This document shows, piece after piece, positions 8,001 to 16,600 of a stretch of 26,333 nt of DNA (positions within the stretch are counted from its first letter, which is position 1; every line of letters begins with the position of its first letter). The notes beneath the pieces are model-generated. The model ran no database searches, had not been told where the DNA came from, and saw only the letters and a list, made by a program, of their open reading frames with translations. Source of the stretch: a virus. Its lineage: Duplodnaviria > Caudoviricetes. The translations under genes and the position numbers were made by a program. Location: positions 1 through 26,333 of IMG/VR virus record IMGVR_UViG_3300032332_000032. One strand, 5' to 3'.

Positions 8001-10558
8001 TAAGAATATTAATAGTCAGTGGTACAGGCTCAGGTCAATATGGTTATATCACGGCCTATAATGCAACCACTAAGATTGCACAAGTCAGTAAAGAAAGCGA
8101 CGGCACACCAGGATGGGATCATGTATTACCAGGATTTCCTATTGCACCGGCGCTGTTGCCTGACACTAGATATGAAATAACACCAAGAGTTACTTTCACA
8201 GCCCCTGACTATAATGCCTATGATAGTACGTTACCTGCAACACTTAGTTGGAGAAAGGTAATCTGGGGAGAAACCAATGCAACCTATACAAACATTGTAG
8301 GCAGTGTAGGCGCAGGAACAGTTGACGGATCAGATGGACTAGTACCAATTACCGCAACATGGAACGTGGTTAAAAATGGAAGAACCTATACAGTACTTTT
8401 AAATACCAACGGTGCAGGCTATGCTGATGAGCAGGTAATCACAATTAAAGGATCACTGGTAGGCGGCCTTGATACTGTTAATGATATTACAATCAGAGTA
8501 ACCAGTGTCAGCAACGACAGTACCAATACCATTACAGGATTTGTCTACAGCGGAGAAGCAGCCAGCGGAAACTTTGTGGCCTTTGGAAACAGTACAGCTT
8601 TTTGTGCGTGGTCTCCAGATGGCATCGATTGGACTGCGGCAACATTAGCTGTCATAGGAAACTGGTCTGTGGCCGCAGCGGGCGGCAACAAGTTTATTGC
8701 ACTAATACCAGGAACTACCACTGCCGCTTGGTCTAATAATGGTATTGATTGGAACATTACAACATTACCGAGTATCCGCACCTGGACCAGCGCCGCATAT
8801 GGAAACGGCACCTTTGTGGTCATTGCCAGCAACCTAAATGGTGCAGCTTATAGTATTAACGGTGGTGCTACTTGGACTGCAACCACAATGCCAACTTTTG
8901 GTGATTCTACCTACAACACATGGATCTCGGTAACCTACGGCCAGGGCCTGTTCTATGCTATCGCCCAATCAGGAAACATAGGAGCATACTCATCAGATGG
9001 TATAACATGGCAAGGTATTATTGTAGATGCTACCAATGACTCATCACAGTTAGACTGGGTCGGCATTACCTATGGTGCTGGAAGATTTGTTGTGCTATCA
9101 CAAACTGGACAGATTGGTTACAGTTTTGATGGACAAACATGGTACCAAGGTGCTAATAACATGCCAACCCAGGATGGTTCAACTATAATGAAGTGGAATC
9201 AGATCAGTTATGGTCAAGGAGTTTTTGTAGCAGTATGCGATACGGCCAGCAGAACAGTCGGTGGAGACACAACCACAGGCCCAACAACCATGATAGCAAC
9301 CAGTGAAGATGGAATATATTGGACTGTTAGAGACACAGCTTCTGCACACAGCTGGGTTGATGTAACTTTTGGCAATCCAAAATATTCTCTAGGTGATTCT
9401 TCAACAACCTATAGTGTTGGTACATGGATTGCTGTTGGATCAGACTCAACCAACGTAGCCGCAAGAATTTACACTGGAGCTAGAGCTAAAGGTAGAGCTG
9501 TTCCTCAAAGCGGAATAATACCTAATATTAGATTGTGGGATGTAGGATCTGGATACATGACTGTACCACCTACTATCACAGTTACTGATCCTAACAACTT
9601 TAGAGAAGTCTATACATTGAATAGATTAGGTGATGGAGTTCTAGGTCAACCAACTTGGTTGAATAGAGGTCAAGGATATAAAACTAACTCAACTACCAGT
9701 TCAGTTATAGGAAATGGTTTTGCTGATGTTACACCAAGCGGCAAATACATTACACTATCCGGATTTACAGAATTGGTGGGTCCTGGAGCACAGTTGATAT
9801 TTGACATTGATACTGTAAGCTATCGATTGGTAACTATTACCGGACTAGGTGATCTTGGCGACGGAACACTTTCCGCATTTTGCCAAGTATCTCCAACAAT
9901 AGATGTTAGTGATTTATTTTATCACGGTCTCGGAGTAAGTGTTAGAACTAGATACAGTCAAAATCGTATTACGGGTCACGACTTCCTAAACATTGGTACA
10001 GGTAATTTCCTAGAAACTAATTATCCTGCGCTCTATAGTGCGGCAACCTTTAACTTTGCTCCAGAAAATGAAGCAATTGAAGGGCTAGGCGGTAGAGTAT
10101 TTTATACTTCCACTGACCAAGACGGTAACTTTAGAACTGGTGAATTGTTCTCAGTTCAACAGGCCACTGGTATTGTTACTATTAGTGCAGACTTTTTTGA
10201 CCTAGCAGGTCTAACTGAACTTAGACTAGGTGGTATTAGATTGGGAGGTTCTGGTGTTGTTATTAGAGATTTCTCAACAGACCCGACATTTGCAGAAGAC
10301 AGTAACAACATTGTTCCAACACAGAAAGCAATTGCAAGTTATCTTTCCAGTAAGTTGAGTGTTGCAGGTTCCGATCTAGTGGCTAACTCGTTTACGGCAG
10401 GTGAGATTTCAGTAGGTGAAGGTGCTGTTAACATTTACAATTACCTTCTTAAGACAATTAACTTCCCTGTGAAGGTTGATTTCTCTGGACCAGGCGCTGG
10501 AGTTACTGGTTATATGTGGGCACAGGCGATGTTCTATCGCTCATTCAGGGATGATTAA
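5090..10558 (+). CDS. Giant multidomain virion protein A (1822 aa): 7 CBM5/12-like repeats, pectin-lyase-like beta-helix with one phycobiliprotein-like helical insert, Asp-box-like beta-propeller, conserved C-terminal domain
   Basis: Contains WxxxxxYxxGDxVxYGG repeats, RSPYIQN/SNDFTQ/ELVSVFTYY motifs, KCKRD, SxDGxxW repeats and GHDFLxIGTG...TSTDQDGNFR. Collinear paralog of ORF 10601. Confidence 0.85.
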   Translation: MAEFKISRFRYTWKGDWVTGTDYTKDDVVKYGGSSYVCLRGHTASAGFYTDIDYTVPGSSPIIASPAWTFMTKGTTWRSDWVTSRQYNVGDIVQYGGNTYLCLAGHTSAVTFVADTAKWEIYVVSVSWKGPYTNNVRYAVGDIVRYGGIVYKCITEHTSTSDRLEPQIANWTIYYSNVDAFNTWTQLTAYKVNDLVKYGGSIWKCVTAHTGELAFTADRWRVELYGYQFGNDWASLTLYQIGDVVRYGGYLYYSQINNNDLNPRDSEDSTIAWTRLAEGYNPRGEWLSSNRYLPGDLVRRGGNLYVAINENLNDGSSFDYLSTDDWQLVVPGFNWRNRWLDGVSYALNDLVIYQGSTYKCVYPHISTLDAFPGDNGSVFGLWEIFLQSGDYTGLINPGDLLTWNLSRIGAGDGSTINATPISIGQESEVLKVSNEDLSTFVYEKFGSLTQARYVSASSGVDREDYGSSPFTPYRTIRYACEQVEELSGNFDISVNAGLYEEILPIIVPAGVCIKGVETRSTTVIANDPITSLALDSSYTKFVLDHLSSLIDYVITGTPATGFTIGTTELQDTSLSGSASAVTQVTQLITDIKNYITFYIESGPTDPTLVGTNVRNTANEVAAQALENNKEFLANEAVAFMQGNYPNYAFDSEKCKRDVRAYINAWKYDILYTGNYKSLYAARYYRNAVLGSALEDMFYLRDATGVRNMTLKGLIGYLNPPGVYEFYQRPTGGAYTSLDPGWGPDDDRTWIQTRSPYIQNCATFGFASVGQKIDGSLHNGGNRSFVSNDFTQLIDDGIGAWVINGGRAELVSVFTYYSQVGYLTENGGIIRATNGNNSFGSIGAMALGTDDTETPIRVTVNTRNNQPIVTSTFTGLLGSDADKIILVEYRNAGQNYTSVAWTVSGAGVGASIIQEEYRDRAVFEALEYNPIDSTGVGGTNFTFVTQNASTGTTTSIKLAGADTGAESEYLGLRILIVSGTGSGQYGYITAYNATTKIAQVSKESDGTPGWDHVLPGFPIAPALLPDTRYEITPRVTFTAPDYNAYDSTLPATLSWRKVIWGETNATYTNIVGSVGAGTVDGSDGLVPITATWNVVKNGRTYTVLLNTNGAGYADEQVITIKGSLVGGLDTVNDITIRVTSVSNDSTNTITGFVYSGEAASGNFVAFGNSTAFCAWSPDGIDWTAATLAVIGNWSVAAAGGNKFIALIPGTTTAAWSNNGIDWNITTLPSIRTWTSAAYGNGTFVVIASNLNGAAYSINGGATWTATTMPTFGDSTYNTWISVTYGQGLFYAIAQSGNIGAYSSDGITWQGIIVDATNDSSQLDWVGITYGAGRFVVLSQTGQIGYSFDGQTWYQGANNMPTQDGSTIMKWNQISYGQGVFVAVCDTASRTVGGDTTTGPTTMIATSEDGIYWTVRDTASAHSWVDVTFGNPKYSLGDSSTTYSVGTWIAVGSDSTNVAARIYTGARAKGRAVPQSGIIPNIRLWDVGSGYMTVPPTITVTDPNNFREVYTLNRLGDGVLGQPTWLNRGQGYKTNSTTSSVIGNGFADVTPSGKYITLSGFTELVGPGAQLIFDIDTVSYRLVTITGLGDLGDGTLSAFCQVSPTIDVSDLFYHGLGVSVRTRYSQNRITGHDFLNIGTGNFLETNYPALYSAATFNFAPENEAIEGLGGRVFYTSTDQDGNFRTGELFSVQQATGIVTISADFFDLAGLTELRLGGIRLGGSGVVIRDFSTDPTFAEDSNNIVPTQKAIASYLSSKLSVAGSDLVANSFTAGEISVGEGAVNIYNYLLKTINFPVKVDFSGPGAGVTGYMWAQAMFYRSFRDD
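5126..6240 (+). repeat. Seven ~50-aa CBM5/12 (ChtBD3)-like protein repeats
   Basis: Seven W..W.....Y...D.V.YGG..Y.C...H-type units counted in the translation. Confidence 0.7.
8570..9470 (+). repeat. Beta-propeller blade repeats (W..V.YG.G.FV / S.DG..W)
   Basis: Recurrent SPDGIDW, SNNGIDW, SINGGATW, SSDGITW, SFDGQTW and SEDGIYW. Confidence 0.7.
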
Positions 10559-10563
10559 TTATG

Positions 10564-10571
10564 AATAAATA
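10564..10571 (+). promoter_or_regulatory. Putative late promoter (AATAAATA)
   Basis: 7/8 match to TATAAATA, in the gap between the two giant genes and upstream of a GGAG RBS. Confidence 0.55.
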
Positions 10572-10600
10572 TTGTATCCTAATAAAAATTGGAGTAGATA

Positions 10601-13600
10601 ATGGCAGAGTTTAAACTAGGTAGAATTAGATTTGTATGGAAAAGTGACTGGACAACCGGCACAACATACTACAAAGACGACGTTGTTCAATACGGCGGTA
10701 AAGTCTTTATATGTATTGCGGGGCATACCGCTTCTGCAGGGTTCTATACAGACCTAGATGCAGTTCCATCAAAATGGAATCAAATGAGCGACGGCTTTGC
10801 CTGGGAAAATGACTGGGCACCTGGAACTACTTACAAAACCAATGACATGGTCAAATATGGTGGTAGACTTTATATTTGCCGTATTCCTCATACTTCTGCC
10901 GCAACATTGGCCTTGGGACTAGAAGCCGATTTAAATCTAGCAGACAGCACATTATCCAAGTGGGACAATGTGGCTGACGGTAGTGATTGGAAAGGTGCTT
11001 GGACTATATCTACTCGCTACAAGGTAAATGATCTTGTAAAATATGGTGGTATTAGCTATATCTGTAATACCTATCATACTTCTGCTGTGTCTCTAGCATT
11101 GGGTTTAGAAGCTGACTTAAACAAGTGGGATGTATTCAATCGCGGCATTGAATACAAAACAGCGTGGACTACAGTAACACGTTATAAAGTAAATGATGTT
11201 GTTAAATTTGGCAGCACATTGTATATCTGTACGCTGTTCCATACATCATCTGCGTCATTTGATCTTGATACAGCCTATTGGTCAGCTTTTGTTGAAGGCC
11301 TACAATTTGAAAATACATGGTCAAGTGCAACGCAGTATCAACCGGGCGACATTGTTCGTTACGGCGGATATCAGTATGTGGCAAAAACCACTCATACAAA
11401 TTCTACTCCAAGCACAGGTACAAGTGATTGGGATTTGTTCAGTAAAGGTTTTAGTTTTACCGCAGAGTGGAGCTCTGCAACATCTTATAAAGTAGGCGAA
11501 GTAGTAAGCCTAGGCGGTCAAACATATCTATGTACTATTGATCATTCTAATCAATCTCCTCCTAATGCATCTTACTGGGACAAGTTAAGCAGTGGCGTAA
11601 ACTGGAGAAACTACTGGGCAAATTCTACACCTTATTATGTAGGCGATGTGGTTCGTTACGGATCTAACGCTTATATCTGTATAACAAAACATACCAGCAA
11701 TGACGACGACAGTACAACATTTGCTGATTCTACAAGAAGTCCTTCTGGAGATACGGAAGGTGTATATTGGAATATCTTTAACGTAGGTAGCGAATATTCT
11801 GTAATGACAGATGCTGGTGACATGGTTTACTATAACGGTAACCAAGGACCTGCAAGATTGCCTATTGGTAAAGAAGGCATGGTACTCAAAGTATCTGCTG
11901 ACAGCAAACCAATGTGGGATTATCTAGGAGTTGTAGACTACACATTCTATGTTGCACCTCACGGTCAAGATCTACCTGCTCCAACATGGGGACTTACACA
12001 GGACAAGCCTTGGAAGACCATTAGATACGCCTGTATGCAGATCGAAGATGGTGCTCGAAATCCTAATGCACAGTATCTATTAGAAATGAATCGCGTATTC
12101 ATTCAGAGAGAAGTTTCAGAATGGATCCAGTATCAAATAGCCAACAACCGATCACCATTTACATCTAGCTTTGTCTATGATGAATTCAAATGCGAACGTG
12201 ACGTTGGATTTGTCATTGATCGTTTGATTTGGGATATCGGCCATGGCGGAAACCTAAAAACATTGGCAGCGGCCCTATCATATATCAATCTGCTTAGTGG
12301 TGCTGATTTGTTTGCCACAGCTTTTGACGAAAATGGCACCGGCACTTATTCAAAACTTGCTGCGCAATCAACACAAGATGTTGCCTCATACAATTATATG
12401 TTGACCGTGATTCAATCTGTATTGAATAATACTGCGGTTGCGGCAAGCTATCAAACAATCAACGGCGATAATTCTACAGCCATTCTTGGACAGTATTTTA
12501 ACACTGACCTAGTAGCTGAAACTGGCGTATATACCACAATCACAAGCCTAGTAGGTATTATTACCACTGCCCTAACAGAACAAGTTGCAACCAATCTTCC
12601 AGACAGATATGTTCCAAACAATATATTGAATGTTAAATCAGGCGCTTGGACAGAAGTATTACCAATTCCAGTACCAGCTGAAACTTCAATTGTAGGTGAT
12701 GAAACTCGTGCAGTTGAAGTCAGTGCAGACACTGGTTCAGTTGATATTACTGATTCTTATGCCACCTACACAACCTTTGGCCGTATAGGCACAGTTATGG
12801 GACAAATCGTTGCAGGAACCAGTGTCACTAGAACTACAGGTAATACAGCAACTCAAAGTCTATACTGGCCTTATGCTAGTTCTGCAGAAACAACAAAGAT
12901 CAGCAGCCTTGTTGATGTTATGAAGTATCAATCAGACTATCGTTTAGGAAGAATGGATGCTGCTACAATGACCGATCCAACTGGTTACAACACCAGTTAC
13001 TTAATTGGATACGGTGATGCTAGAAAGCTTCTAAAAGAAAATAAGAAATTCTTGCAAGAAGAAGTTGTTGCTTACTTAGAAATTAACTATCCTACAAGCA
13101 AATACGGTAAAACTAAAACACGTAGAGATGCCGGTTATATTGTAGATGCATTAATCTATGACCTAACCTATGGTGGCAATGCTCTAAGTATCCAAGCAGG
13201 TCTTGCATACTTTGATGCTGAAGGATCTACAAACTTAATTCCTGCAAGTATCAAAACATTAACATTGGCAGCTATTACATTCTTAAAAGCAAGAATGCAA
13301 TCTGTAGCAACTAATTCTTCAGTAACTCCTTTACAAACAGCAATACCACAGTTCTTTGACACCGCAGGTAGTGCCGCAGCATCAACGCTGATTGGCACAA
13401 ACGTTGATATCATTTATAACTTGATCAATGGCGGTAACACAACTTCTGCACCAAGTATTACAGTTACTACAATTACAAGTAACACAACATTAGCAACTGC
13501 TTCATCACATGGATTAACTGTTGGAGATACATTTATTCCTAGAAGCACAGCCAATGGGCTAACCAGCGGAACAAAATATTATGTTGTATCCACTCCGTTG

Positions 13601-16600
13601 GGCACTACATTTACACTATCAGACAGCTATAGTGGATCAGCAATTGCTACCCTTACCAACGGAACTGGCCTATCAATAGTAGGAGATATAGTAGATCAAC
13701 CAGCAGCAACTAACGCTGTAACAACAACTACTGCATTAATTTCTGCTTACACTTCATTGACTGCGGCAAGAGAAACAATTGTTACTGGAGCAGTTGATTA
13801 TATAAACACCAACTATGGTAGCTTTACCTACAACAGCGCAATTTGCCGTAGAGATTCGGGATATCTAGTTGATGCTGCCTATTACGATGCAGCTTTTGGT
13901 TCTAACTTCTGGGCAGTTCAGAACGGGTTATCATACCTAAGACCTCAAGCAGGTGTTGTATATAATAGTCAGCGCACACAAGAAATTGCAGCTATTGGAT
14001 ATATTAAAACACAGGTAGCCGCAGCATTAGTATCCGATGCAACCGCAGTTTCTAGAGCAAATGCAGCGTATACTGAAGTTATCGATATTATTAATAACGG
14101 ATCAACCAGCGCCGATGCATTGGTTTATACTGACACTGGTACAGCAAACTTCACAAACGCAAGGGCACAGCTAGTTACTAATCGTGCGTTTATTATCAGC
14201 ACTATGGTAACATGGATGACTGCCAACGTTCCAGGCTATGTATCGTTAGATGCAAGAGGTAAGGGACTATGTCAACGCGATCTAGGATATGCAATTGATG
14301 CACTAGCCTATGACGTTAACTACGGTGGCAACATTGCTACTCGTAATTTCTGTCGCTCATTGTTTAATAATATCACTGGAGCTGGTGTAGAATCAGTTAA
14401 CAGCGGAGCTACTTATACTCAATTGGGTGCAGTTTGCGCACAGATTGTCCGTGAAACTTATGCCGGACAAGATACCAGCGGTACAGCAGCATCGGCCACT
14501 GAAGCAACACGCATGACAACATTGTGCGGTAATATTTCTACGGTTGCCACAGCAGGTAATTTAAGCGGATTAGTTGCAGAAAGCCTACCAAGTACTTCTT
14601 GGGTCGGAGCCGGTATCCAAACAGCAATAGCAGTGTTGGCTACTAGCAAAACAGCTATTGTTAAAGGCACATTGCAGTACATTACTACAACTTATAGTAG
14701 TCTTGTCTACAGTCATGCTAAAGCCGAAAGAGATGCAGGTATTGTATTAGAAGCAGTTGGATATGACTTTATGTTTAACAGTAATTATAGAACTGTTAAA
14801 GCAGCAATGGCCTATCTAAGAGCAAATTCTGTAGAGTTGTATACTCAGGCAAACCTAAAGAATGCCACAAGAGGTGCATTGAATTATGCTAAGACACAAG
14901 CGTTGGCCAGTGTAGGTGGTGATGCTACTGCACAGGCTAGAATCACAACACTGATGACATTGGTTGACTCTGTTGTATTTGGCGCAGCCAACGAAGGCGA
15001 TATGTGTCAGTCTGTATATGATGACATCTATTATGCTAATTTGCAACTAGAACGCAACCGCGCATTCATTGCCGCAGAAGCTAGTGCCTACATAGCCAAC
15101 ACATTCAAATCCGCTGCTACTGCTACCACAGTGACCACTGACGTTATCACAGTTGCTGATACCAGTTGGATGCGTAGAAACCTAGCAATTGAATTTACAG
15201 GAACTATTCCATCAGGTGCTGGTATCAGCACTGGAGTAACCTATTATGTTCAGAACGTGGTTAGTTCAACAACCTTCACAGTGGCAACTACTAGATTTGC
15301 TTCAACTGCAAACAGAGTAACACTGGCTACCAAGTCAGGTTCTTGGACAGTCAAGATGGTTTACAATTCAGCACTTTGCCTAAGAGATGTTGGCTATTAC
15401 ATCGATGCAGTTAAGTGGGATCTGGTATGGAGCTCTAATTACAAGAGTCGCTATGTTGCAAGATACTATGCCAATGCAGTATTAGGTAGTCAAGAAGAAG
15501 ACTTTTTCTATCTACGTAACGGCACAGGTGTAAAGAACATGAGTTTGCGTGGCCTCAACGGACAGCTAACTCCAGAAAATGACTATGGTACAAGTCGTAC
15601 CACAGCAGGCGCATACTGCTCATTGGATCCGGGTTGGGGCCCAGCTGACTTCCGCACATGGATTACCAGCCGTTCACCTTATATTCAAAACAATGCAACG
15701 TTTGGTAATGCCGCTATTGGTCAAAAGATTGACGGCTCATTGCATAACGGCGGCAACAAGTCAATGGTTAGCAATGACTTTACCCAATTAATCAGTGACG
15801 GTATTGGCGCTTGGATAACTAACAATGGACGTGCAGAACTTGTTTCTGTGTTCACATATTATTCACACATTGGTTACCTAGCAGAAGCTGGCGGCCGCAT
15901 TCGTGGTACCAACGGTAACAACAGCTACGGCGATTTTGGATCTGTAGCAGAAGGTTATGACGTTACTGAAACTGCAAAAACAGCCATTGTTGATAATAAA
16001 TTCCAATACAAGGCAGTTGTCGGCAGTATAACCACAGACAGCAGTGCTATTTTTGCATTTGAATTTGATCATGCAGGTAATGAATACACAGAAGCAACAT
16101 ATTTGGTCATTGGTCCAGGAAACTTTGCCGATGTTGAACAAGATGAATTCCGTGACGATGCGGTATTTCAAATTCGACTGATAGACAACGTTGATGATAG
16201 TACAGCAGCCCCAGAGGCAGACGGAAATCAAGGCGGTTCAGGATATCTAACCAAGAACGGTACTGCACAAAACGGTACGCTAACATCTATTACATTATCA
16301 GCAGTTGACGATCAATTAAGCAGTGCTTATATTGGCATGAAAATTGTTATCACAGCTGGTAACGGTCTAGGACAGTATGCATTGATCAATGCTTATAACT
16401 CAGGTACCAAAATAGCAGATGTTATTACAGAATCAACAGGAGCAGCAGGATGGGATCATTTTGTTGCTGGAACACCTATCCAAGCTCCTGACAGCTCAAG
16501 TTCTTACAGTATTGAACCTGCTGTTTCATTTACAGCACCAACATATTCGTCTACAGCATCAACATTGCCAACTAGCGGAACTTGGTCTGTGGTTGAATAC

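Noticed and set aside
4391-8405. Intragenic TAAATA matches (4391-4396 and ~8400)
   Set aside because: They lie inside coding sequence away from gene starts, and a 6-mer like this is expected by chance in AT-rich DNA.
5126-11780. Chitinase annotation from the CBM5/12-like repeats
   Set aside because: No GH18 (DxxDxDxE) or GH19 catalytic domain was recognised.
12056-15490. Calling the CxRD repeats cpcA/apc/cpe photosynthesis auxiliary genes
   Set aside because: They are internal domains of a 2715-aa structural-type protein and lack the X/Y helices. The homology is by eye only, so no gene symbol was assigned.
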